Notes under the pieces: model-generated
Told to the model about the DNA's origin: nothing
Database searches by the model: none
Seen by the model: only the letters and a program-made list of their open reading frames with translations
DNA from: an uncultured bacterium
Lineage (GTDB): Bacteria > Myxococcota_A > UBA796 > CAJQPC01
Reading direction: 5' to 3'
Assembly: GCA_905480105.1 (NCBI GenBank)
Contig: CAJQPC010000145.1
Location: 7,234-71,233 of the forward strand
Length of the DNA: 64,000 bases
Shown here: positions 1 to 8,108 of the stretch, piece by piece
Layout of the letters: each line of letters starts with the position of its first letter
Numbering within the stretch: position 1 is the stretch's first letter
Translations under genes and position numbers: made by a program

Positions 1-1
1 A

Positions 2-277
2 GAACAAGCGGCCGAAGACGCCGACTACGACACCGACGACATCCTCGGTGAGATCGAGGAAGAAGCTGAACTCGAGGAGCCCCTCCAGGATACCCTGGAG
101 TACGAGTTCACCAAGAACGACGAGATCGAGCTCACGGGCGAGGACGTCGTGGCCGTGGTGGAGCGCTTGATCGGCATCTTGTGGCACCGCGACGGCATGG
201 ACGAGGACTCCCTCGATTCCTATGGCGATGACGATGTTGACGATGATGACGTCGAAGACGATGGGACCGGCTTCTGA
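2..277 (+). CDS. C-terminal fragment of an acidic hypothetical protein (5' end outside window)
   Basis: Frame is open from the window edge to TGA at 275-277. Translation: ...ELTGEDVVAVVERLIGILWHRDGMDEDSLDSYGDDDVDDDDVEDDGTGF. Coding-like GC3. Absent from the ORF track because there is no start codon in the window. Confidence 0.5.
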   Translation, partial: EQAAEDADYDTDDILGEIEEEAELEEPLQDTLEYEFTKNDEIELTGEDVVAVVERLIGILWHRDGMDEDSLDSYGDDDVDDDDVEDDGTGF

Positions 278-383
278 GAAGCGACTTCGCACGGCATTGA
301 CCCGTGGGGGATTGGAACCGACGCACGGCCTCCGGGGTCGTTAGCTTCTGGGAGAGCTCGCTTTGCTTCCCCGGAGGGTGTTG

Positions 384-2144
384 ATGCTTCCCCAGATGTT
401 GTTTTTGCTGCTTCCTGGACTCTCAGCGCAGCAGGCGCCGCAAGCCCCTGGGCCCCTTGCTCGTCCAGTAGGGGCTCTTGAGCCGGCGCCGATGCTTCAG
501 GTGGCCCGAGACGCGGTAGAACACACCATGGCGGCCTTGGGGGACCAGGACGAGCCGCCCTATCACTTGGCCATTGGGGTGACCCAGTCTCACAGCCTGC
601 ACCTGAGCGCCACGAATGGCGCCATGATGGTCCAGAGAGAGGACTGGAACCGCTATGCCGACCTGGATCTGCGTGTGGGCTCTTATGCGCTGGACAACAC
701 CCACAAGCTGCTCGACGCTGGCTGGTTCTCTGAAGAGGGTCGAAGTGTGGTGCGCCTGCCCATAGGAGACGGGGCCAGCGACATGCAGGCCGCCGAGCTG
801 ACCCTTTGGCGAGAGCTGGACGATTCGTATCAACAGGCCGTCCGTCGCATGACCAAGGTACGGGCCAACCAAGCCGTCAAAGTCGCGCGAGACGACCCAT
901 CTGACGACTTCTCGTCAGCCCCCAAGGTGGTGGACATCCGTCCGGTTCAGGATGTGGAGCTGAGTGCGGCGTGGGAGGACTCTTTGCGCCAGATATCCAC
1001 GGTCTTTCTTGAATACCCCGAGGTACTCGAGTCCGGGGTCGAGGTCACAGCAGAGGCTGAGACTTTCTTGCTGGCCAACTCCGAAGGCACCCAACTTCAG
1101 CACACACGCGTGCGCTATCGAGCGAGTGTTCACGCGGTCTCTTTGGCTGAAGATGGGGCCCGGTTGGCGGTCTACGATTACCTGGACGCCTCGACGGAAG
1201 ACGGGCTGCCCAGCCCGGAGGTCCTTAGCGAGATGGCCCGCATCGCAGCCCAGCGCGTCACGGATCTCAAGAACGCTCCCCTGTTGGAGCCGTACACCGG
1301 GCCTGCTATTTTGCGCGGACGTGCTGCCGGCGTGTTTTTCCACGAGATCTTCGGCCACCGCGTCGAGGGCCATCGCCAGAAGGACGAAGACGAGGGGCAG
1401 ACCTTTACTGACATGGTGGGAGAGCAGGTTCTGCCTGATTTCCTCTCGGTGGTCGACGACCCCACCATCCGCAGTTTGGCCGGTTTGGACCTAAACGGCA
1501 CGTACCCTTACGATGATGAGGGGGTGCTGGCTCAGCGGGTCGCCCTAGTGGACCACGGGGAGTTGCTGGGCTTCCTGATGTCTCGGGCCCCCATCGAGGG
1601 CATCGACTCCAGCAACGGCCACGGCCGCCGTCAACCGGGCAATGCCATCGTCGCGCGCCAGGGCAATTTGATCGTACAGGCCCACGAGAGCGTCTCTTTC
1701 GAGGAGCTGCGGGCCGGGCTCATCCAACAGGTAGAGGAACAAGACAAGCCCTTCGGCTTGATCGTCGATGACATCACCGGCGGATTCACCCTGACCGGCC
1801 GGGTCACCCCGAACTCCTTCAACGTCCGCCCGGTCAGTGTCTGGCGGGTGTACGCCGACGGTCGCCCGGACGAGTTGGTGCGTGGCGGGGACTTTATCGG
1901 AACTCCCCTGACCACCTTCTCCCGCATCTTGGCCGCGGGTGATGACCCCGAAGTCTTCAACGGCGTCTGCGGGGCTGAGTCCGGCTGGGTACCGGTCAGC
2001 GCAGTCTCGCCTTCGCTGCTGCTCGAAGAGATCGAGGTGCAGAGGAAAGAGAAGGAGAACGACCGCCCACCTTTGTTGCCCGCGCCTCCCAGTCCCCAAG
2101 GTGACACCAAGTCCGTGGCCCAGGCCACCCAGGAGCCCGCATGA
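384..2144 (+). CDS. TldD-family zinc metallopeptidase, probably exported
   Basis: ORF 363..2144. ATG at 384 is preceded by GGAGGG (373-378). Signal-like N-terminus MLPQMLFLLLPGLSAQ. HExxxH motif FFHEIFGHRVEGH (from nt 1341). TldD/PmbA-type C-terminal region (SSNGHGRRQ...). Confidence 0.85.
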   Translation: MLPQMLFLLLPGLSAQQAPQAPGPLARPVGALEPAPMLQVARDAVEHTMAALGDQDEPPYHLAIGVTQSHSLHLSATNGAMMVQREDWNRYADLDLRVGSYALDNTHKLLDAGWFSEEGRSVVRLPIGDGASDMQAAELTLWRELDDSYQQAVRRMTKVRANQAVKVARDDPSDDFSSAPKVVDIRPVQDVELSAAWEDSLRQISTVFLEYPEVLESGVEVTAEAETFLLANSEGTQLQHTRVRYRASVHAVSLAEDGARLAVYDYLDASTEDGLPSPEVLSEMARIAAQRVTDLKNAPLLEPYTGPAILRGRAAGVFFHEIFGHRVEGHRQKDEDEGQTFTDMVGEQVLPDFLSVVDDPTIRSLAGLDLNGTYPYDDEGVLAQRVALVDHGELLGFLMSRAPIEGIDSSNGHGRRQPGNAIVARQGNLIVQAHESVSFEELRAGLIQQVEEQDKPFGLIVDDITGGFTLTGRVTPNSFNVRPVSVWRVYADGRPDELVRGGDFIGTPLTTFSRILAAGDDPEVFNGVCGAESGWVPVSAVSPSLLLEEIEVQRKEKENDRPPLLPAPPSPQGDTKSVAQATQEPA

Positions 2145-3814
2145 TCCTCCTCCTGTTGAGCGCTGCTTTCGCGGCGCCGCCCCCCGGTCTAATTCCAGCC
2201 TTGGAGTCCGAGCTTGAGCGCGCCACCACCGAGCTCAAGCTGCAAGATGAGGCGCCGCCCTATTGGGTCTCATACGACGTTGTAGATGGCCAGTTCGCCA
2301 CTTTCTTTGCAGAGATGGGTGCAGTTCTATCCGCGGATGTCGTGCCTTACCGGGTCATGCGCGTTGAGACGCGCGCCGGTGATTCCACCTACGACTCTGG
2401 CAACTTCGATGCTTTCGGCGAGGCCAACGGGGCGTTCTCGATACGTCTGCCTCTGGACAACGACGAGACTGCCTTTCGCCGCAGCATCTGGCTGGCCACA
2501 GACGCCTCCTACAAGCAGGCCGTCGAGCAGCTCTCTCGCAAGCGTGCGGAGCTGCCCCCGGGTGACCCGGCCTTCAGCGAGCTGCCGGCCATGTTGGCTG
2601 CTGAGCCCGTGGTAGATCTGAGTGGGGGACCGTTGGCCCTGGACGCCGAAGGTGTGCAGTCCACAGTCGTTCAGCTCTCCCGTGTGCTCGCCGAGTATCC
2701 CCAGCTGGAGCAGGGCCAAGCAGCCGGCCGCGACTGGCAAGGTCAGCGCATCACTGTGAGCAGCGAGGGCACACGCCTCATCACGGACACCGGCTACACG
2801 GTGGTCCGCGTTGAAGCAGTGCTCAAGCACTCCGACGGTAGCCGCCTGCGTAACGGACGTTGGTGGGTGGCTCGCACCGCTGCAGAGCTGCCTCCGATGG
2901 CCGAGATGGAGGCCGAGGTCCGCGAGATGGCCGAGTGGCTTGTGGCCCTGGAAGACGCCCAGGTGCTCAAGGAATACTTGGGTCCGGTGCTCTTTGAGGA
3001 GGCTGCGAGCGTAGAGCTCTATCGCCAGCTGGCAGCCGGTGAGTTTGTGGGCTCGCCACCCGAGGCTCAGGGCCGAGGCATGTTCGGTGAGGCCCCCATT
3101 TCCAGACCCACTGCTCGGGTGGGCCGCCGGCTCATGCCAGCCGGTTGGACCGTCGTGGACGACCCCAACGCCCAGCAAGCCGGGCGGTATGCCCGGGATC
3201 AGGAGGGTGTTTCCGGTGAGCAGGTTGTACTCGTCGAAGACGGTGTTGTACGACGGGTCTTGAACAGTCGGATTCCCGCCAAGGGCGCTGAGAAGTCCAC
3301 TGGTCACGGCCGCAGCATGGGCGCTGAGCGCCGCGAGGCCATGCCGAGCAACGTGCACGTCTCCCCCAAGCGCGCGCGCGCGGAACGGGCGCTGCGTCGC
3401 AAGGGACTGCGCATGGCTGCCCAGACCGAGAACGAAGGTCTGCTGATCATTCGTCGGATCGAGCCCCCTGCCATGTCCGAGGACATGGACATTACCTTTA
3501 TGGGAGAGGGCCCTGGAGCGGGTCTGACCCGGCCCTATGAGGCCTACCTGCTCATGCCCGATGGCAGCGAGCAGCCCGTGCGCGGGCTGCAGTTCTCCGG
3601 TGTGGATCGGCGGGCACTGCGCGATGTTGTTCTGGCTGGTGAGACCGCAGCACCCGTGGGCGTGATGGACGGTCCTCCGGGGCCGGAGCGCTTTTACATT
3701 GGTGCTGTGGGCGGCTTGCCTGGGAGCTGGGCTGTGCCAGCTGTGCTGGTATCCGAGCTGGAGCTGGATGGGAGTGGCGGTGGAGACAAGCGAGTGTTGG
3801 CGCGGCCGGAGTGA
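2141..3814 (+). CDS. PmbA/TldE-like protein (TldD partner, no HExxxH)
   Basis: ATGA overlap with the upstream TldD-like gene. Hydrophobic N-terminus MILLLLSAAFAAPPPG. The region aligned to the TldD active site reads SVELYRQLAAGEF (no His pair). TldD/PmbA-like STGHGRSMG segment. Confidence 0.7.
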   Translation: MILLLLSAAFAAPPPGLIPALESELERATTELKLQDEAPPYWVSYDVVDGQFATFFAEMGAVLSADVVPYRVMRVETRAGDSTYDSGNFDAFGEANGAFSIRLPLDNDETAFRRSIWLATDASYKQAVEQLSRKRAELPPGDPAFSELPAMLAAEPVVDLSGGPLALDAEGVQSTVVQLSRVLAEYPQLEQGQAAGRDWQGQRITVSSEGTRLITDTGYTVVRVEAVLKHSDGSRLRNGRWWVARTAAELPPMAEMEAEVREMAEWLVALEDAQVLKEYLGPVLFEEAASVELYRQLAAGEFVGSPPEAQGRGMFGEAPISRPTARVGRRLMPAGWTVVDDPNAQQAGRYARDQEGVSGEQVVLVEDGVVRRVLNSRIPAKGAEKSTGHGRSMGAERREAMPSNVHVSPKRARAERALRRKGLRMAAQTENEGLLIIRRIEPPAMSEDMDITFMGEGPGAGLTRPYEAYLLMPDGSEQPVRGLQFSGVDRRALRDVVLAGETAAPVGVMDGPPGPERFYIGAVGGLPGSWAVPAVLVSELELDGSGGGDKRVLARPE

Positions 3815-3874
3815 TCTGTCTGCTGCTGGAAGCGCTCCGAACCCTGGGCCTTGGGGCGCATCCCAGCGGGTGAA

Positions 3875-4201
3875 CTAATCCAGAGCTTCCCCGTCCAGCT
3901 CCTTGGCCATGCGCTCGATTAGCTCGCAGGCGTCATCCCAGGCCTCGTTGTTGTCCCCATCGCCGGCCTCCATGTTCAACAGGATGCCGTCCCGGCTCAT
4001 GTCGTAGGCGGAGATCTCCACCTCGAAGTTCCCGCTGCCCTCTTCTTGGGGCACGGAAAAGAAGCAAGTCACCGTATCCGGTGCTTCCTTCTCTACTTCG
4101 ACAGTCACCCCTTCAAACATTGCAGCCACGCTCTGGGCGGCGAGCTTGAGCTCCCCGAGGTCCAGGTGGCCCATCTCCAACTGGTAGCTCAGCTCACTCA
4201 C
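3875..4201 (-). CDS. small acidic hypothetical protein
   Basis: 108-aa ORF with coding-like composition. No family recognised. Confidence 0.5.
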   Translation of the reverse strand: MSELSYQLEMGHLDLGELKLAAQSVAAMFEGVTVEVEKEAPDTVTCFFSVPQEEGSGNFEVEISAYDMSRDGILLNMEAGDGDNNEAWDDACELIERMAKELDGEALD

Positions 4202-4422
4202 AATGCTTACTCACGATGCGCACCCATGGGCAAAAAGGCTCTGGCTCACAACATGTGCCGCGAGCGGGAGCGTTTTAGCCGACCGCCAAGTCTCAGTCGA
4301 ATGCGAGGGCCACACCGTCGCTCAAGATGTCGCCGCAGCGCTCGGTGCTGTCGGCGATGGTGTTGCTGCCCATCGCGGTAATGCTGCCCATCGCACGAAT
4401 GCAGCTCAGTGCAGGCCTGCCA

Positions 4423-5364
4423 CTAAATCTGCTCGATACGCAGCCAGATCTGGCCATTGACCACATGATCTTCCAGGGCCCGCACGCGCAGTCCACGCTG
4501 CTTACAGGCGGCTTGTACCCACTCGGTCTTGTGCGCGACGAGCCCACCGACTGGCGAATCTGCGCTGCGTCCGACCCACTGCTCACCCAGGTAGTCCGGG
4601 CGTCCGGCGCTCACGGGCAGATAGCTGGTCAGCAACACCGCGCCGGGCGCACTGTGGGCCGCGAAAGCGTCCAGCATCGCGCTGATCTGCAACTTGCTGG
4701 TGTGGGTCCACACGGAGCGGGCCACCACAAAGTCAAAGCGCTCCCCAAACACGGAGAAGTCGAAGGCTGCGTTCCCGTCGAAGCGCGGTTGCTTCCGGTC
4801 CATAAGAGCGGGGCCAGCCACGTGTTCCTTGCCGAACTCCAGGCGCGCCTGATGTGGCTCAATTCCGAAATAGTTCCCTTTTTCCAGCACTTTCATGAGC
4901 CATATGCCAGCGCGCAGGGTCCCGCAGCCCACATCCAGGACCCGGTGATGGCTCTCCATACCCTGCTCCAGCATGACCAGGAGCTGCATCTGGCCAAGAG
5001 CGACAAAGGTCGCTGGCGGGCCGCCCAGGAACAGGACATCCGAGAAGGCCAGCATGCGCTCGCCCAAGCTCAGCACTCGGCCCCGCTTTGCCTGCTTTTC
5101 GAGTCGCTTGGCCACAATGGCCACGGCACGAGTCTCGGCGGCGTCGGCGTCAGAGCTCTTGCCTTGGGCGCGCAGCACCTGGCCCTGTAGGGCTCGAAAC
5201 GCCGCTTCATCGGGGTTCACGTGGACCAACATGCCGCAGATCTCGGCAGCCCCATCCAGGTCGCCGCGGGCAAAGGCAGAGCGGACCCCCTCTACAGCCT
5301 CTCTGAGGATGGCGGAACGCTCTGGGTTCGGGCTGACATTGGTACTAGCTTGGGTCTCGGGCAC
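4423..5364 (-). CDS. class I SAM-dependent methyltransferase
   Basis: Motif I-like VLDVGCGTLRAGIWL followed by a FDFVVARSVWTH segment. N-terminal helical extension. Confidence 0.7.
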   Translation of the reverse strand: MPETQASTNVSPNPERSAILREAVEGVRSAFARGDLDGAAEICGMLVHVNPDEAAFRALQGQVLRAQGKSSDADAAETRAVAIVAKRLEKQAKRGRVLSLGERMLAFSDVLFLGGPPATFVALGQMQLLVMLEQGMESHHRVLDVGCGTLRAGIWLMKVLEKGNYFGIEPHQARLEFGKEHVAGPALMDRKQPRFDGNAAFDFSVFGERFDFVVARSVWTHTSKLQISAMLDAFAAHSAPGAVLLTSYLPVSAGRPDYLGEQWVGRSADSPVGGLVAHKTEWVQAACKQRGLRVRALEDHVVNGQIWLRIEQI

Positions 5365-5487
5365 GATTCACCTCGGGTAGGTCATCGGTCGCTTGCATGA
5401 CAAGTTGAGCTTAAGTCCAGGAGGAGCAGCGCCACCCGCGCTTGGCACACCAAATGCGTATGGCCCCACTCCGTCTCTTCACGAACG

Positions 5488-6324
5488 CTAAGCCTTGGCG
5501 GAGGGAGGCGAGTAGTTCAGGAGATCCGTAAGCGACGCGCAATTGGCTGCGATCAGCGCAGTCTCTTTGGCGTCTAAGGTGCTCGGCTCCTTGCGCATCC
5601 CGCGAATCTTTACGGACAGCGGTCCAGGGTCCAGGTCCTTTAGGCCGCAGTGAGAGCTTATCTGACCCAAGTCAAAGCCTGGCTGAATCAGGTCTTCGTA
5701 GCGCACCAACATTCCGGAATCGCTGGGCCACTGTAGAAAGCTACGTGTGAGTTTGGCCCAATGCTTAGAGAACTGTTCGGCGGTCTCTATGGACCGGTTT
5801 GGCCACTGCTCGTAGAACTGCAGGCCCTTGGCGCTGGCCCAGGCATCCCAGGGATTGCGGACCAGGAATATGAAGCGGGCCTGGGGATACACCCAGCTCA
5901 AGAAGCGGGCGTCCATGGCTTGCAGGCGCACTTCTTTCAGACCCCAGCGTCCAAAGCCGCGGCCTTGAGCCGGTAGGGCGAACAAGGTGTCTAACTGCGC
6001 CCGGAAACTGTCGCGCAGTGCTTGTGGGGGGGGGTACATGTTTGCGATCCACCCGCCAACGAGGTCGTTGTGGTTGGGCTTGGCAAAGTGCATTTCATTT
6101 GGCCAGTCCGGCCGCAGCGCCATGCTGGCTCGGGTCAGGGAGGGGATGAGTCCGGACCGCCCGTATGGCTCGCCCCAGATCAAAGCTTCGCCTGTGGAGC
6201 AGAGCAGCCGCTGGAGTAGGGTACTTCCGCTGCGCCAGCCTGCCGAGAGCAGGAAAATGGGGGCCGAGTCGTCGCTCGGCTCAAGCTCGAAGCGTTTGTC
6301 AAAGCGGGTGAGGTGGTTGTCCAT
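5488..6324 (-). CDS. sulfotransferase family protein
   Basis: PAPS 5'-phosphosulfate-binding loop-like SAGWRSGSTLLQRLL. 3'-phosphate motif-like FLVRNPWDAWAS. Confidence 0.7.
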   Translation of the reverse strand: MDNHLTRFDKRFELEPSDDSAPIFLLSAGWRSGSTLLQRLLCSTGEALIWGEPYGRSGLIPSLTRASMALRPDWPNEMHFAKPNHNDLVGGWIANMYPPPQALRDSFRAQLDTLFALPAQGRGFGRWGLKEVRLQAMDARFLSWVYPQARFIFLVRNPWDAWASAKGLQFYEQWPNRSIETAEQFSKHWAKLTRSFLQWPSDSGMLVRYEDLIQPGFDLGQISSHCGLKDLDPGPLSVKIRGMRKEPSTLDAKETALIAANCASLTDLLNYSPPSAKA

Positions 6325-6378
6325 AAAATCCGGCTCCAGGGTGTGGCCGGATCGGACCGAAGAGGTGCGGCTTAAGCC

Positions 6379-7170
6379 CTAATCGTAGACAAATGCCTGA
6401 AAGCTGAACGCACCGGTCTCCGCATCTAAGGTTCCTTCGCCCACATGACGCCAAGAGCCATCCGATGCCCGCAGGAAGATCACGTCTTGGAGGGTGAAGC
6501 CGTCGAGATCCGCTTGGGCGGCGTAGCCCACCCCAAAGCCTTCGATGGTCTCGGTGGCCTTGGTGTCGTCGCTGCAGTCGCCCTCGAAGGTTGCGCCACT
6601 GGCGCCCGCGAGCTCCAGGGTCACATCACAGGCTGGGCATCCCTCTGCGGGCGTGCTGGCGACCTGGGGCCAAGCCCAGACACATCCGCTCAAGGCGTTG
6701 CCCCAGGCCAACAGGCCTGTGTAGGTGCCGTCGGTGATCACCCCCTCGCCGAACCAGGCGCCACCGTCGAAGGAAAAATCGCCGCTGTCCACCAGGGCAC
6801 CTTCGACAGCGAAGGGCACAAAGAGCACATCGGCTGCGCCTCGGTCGTCGACAGCGAGCACTTGGATCTGGGTGAAGGGCTGCCAGTAGTCCTCGGGCAC
6901 ATTCCAGGTGCCGCTCAGGGAGTCTGCTTCCCAGTCCATCCCCGGGGGGGCCAGGGGAAAGAGCATCTGCAGCTCGTCCCCGTTGGGATCTCGGATCTCC
7001 ACCTCCATATCCACCGAGGCTCCGACTTTGGTCTGAAGGACCAACTCCAGGTCTCTGAAGGTGGCAAAACCTAAAATGTAGCGGATGTCTTGGCCGTTGA
7101 AGCTCTGAAATCGTGGTGGGTCGTTAGGCCGCACATCGCAGGATAAAAGGGTGAGCGCGAGTAGCATCAT
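6379..7170 (-). CDS. hypothetical lipoprotein
   Basis: Internal ATGATG at 7170 gives MMLLALTLLSCD (lipobox). ATGA overlap with the stop of the upstream gene (7167-7169). The longer 329-aa ORF would overlap the upstream gene. Confidence 0.6.
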   Translation of the reverse strand: MMLLALTLLSCDVRPNDPPRFQSFNGQDIRYILGFATFRDLELVLQTKVGASVDMEVEIRDPNGDELQMLFPLAPPGMDWEADSLSGTWNVPEDYWQPFTQIQVLAVDDRGAADVLFVPFAVEGALVDSGDFSFDGGAWFGEGVITDGTYTGLLAWGNALSGCVWAWPQVASTPAEGCPACDVTLELAGASGATFEGDCSDDTKATETIEGFGVGYAAQADLDGFTLQDVIFLRASDGSWRHVGEGTLDAETGAFSFQAFVYD

Positions 7171-8108
7171 CTCACCTCCACATTGCTCTGGATCCACACC
7201 ATATTGGCTGCCTCCAAGTCGCTGCCTCCAGATCCCCCAAAGAAGAACCCGCCGCCTTCCTGCATCACGCCATAGATTCGCAAGGTACCGCTGTAGTCTT
7301 GGGGCACGACCAAGCGGTTTGTGCTCAGGGTAGCGCCCGTCGCGTTGTCCTGGCTCTCGGGGATCCACTGATGGGCGCCGGTAACGCCAGTGTCCTTGAG
7401 CACTCCAGCGTCGACGTACCAGTGGAAAGTCGCGTCTCGATAGTCCCCGTAGGCGATCACGGAGAGGTCCAGTTCATCGCCCGGCGCTGCGCTCTCAGGA
7501 GCGTTGATGGCGAATTGGATTTCTGCCAGGGACTCGAGCTGTTCGGGGGCCCCGGAAGGAAACCAGAGGGCGTAGTCGCTGGCGTAGGCGATTCGGTCTC
7601 CGACGGTGGCCGTGACCAACATGGGAAGGAAGTGTGCGCAGGCCTCGGTCGGCTCTGCCGAGGTGTCTTTTCCCCAGGCGGTGTCAGCGGTATCAGGGGT
7701 GTCGTAGTCGACGTAGAAGGGGTCGTTACAGTCCTGGAGTGTGGGGGTCTCCGGAAATTCGAAGACCAGGGGGAGTGAGCTATCTTGGGCCAAGGGGGTG
7801 TACTCGTCCGAGTCCTCGAAGCAGTTCAGATCAAAGATGGCGGTTTGTACGTCTCGACCCGTACCGCAGGTGGCAACCGTGACCTGAGTGAGCTGCTCTC
7901 CCTGAGGGGCCAAGATCAATGCCTCCAGCTGCAGCGGGGTGTCCGGAGAGAGTACCGGTGGCGTGACGCGCATGGCCACTATCTTTGGCGTATCGGTGAC
8001 CAGGTAGGAGGTCGCCTGGTAGGAGGGGGCCTGTGCGAGGAGTCCGGTGAAGCAACCGGTGAGGGCACCAGCCAGGGGCAACACGGAAAAGAGAAAGTGG
8101 GTGCGCAT
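7167..8108 (-). CDS. hypothetical lipoprotein
   Basis: Signal plus lipobox MRTHFLFSVLPLAGALTGC. Start overlaps the stop of the upstream receptor gene by 1 nt. Confidence 0.6.
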   Translation of the reverse strand: MRTHFLFSVLPLAGALTGCFTGLLAQAPSYQATSYLVTDTPKIVAMRVTPPVLSPDTPLQLEALILAPQGEQLTQVTVATCGTGRDVQTAIFDLNCFEDSDEYTPLAQDSSLPLVFEFPETPTLQDCNDPFYVDYDTPDTADTAWGKDTSAEPTEACAHFLPMLVTATVGDRIAYASDYALWFPSGAPEQLESLAEIQFAINAPESAAPGDELDLSVIAYGDYRDATFHWYVDAGVLKDTGVTGAHQWIPESQDNATGATLSTNRLVVPQDYSGTLRIYGVMQEGGGFFFGGSGGSDLEAANMVWIQSNVEVR

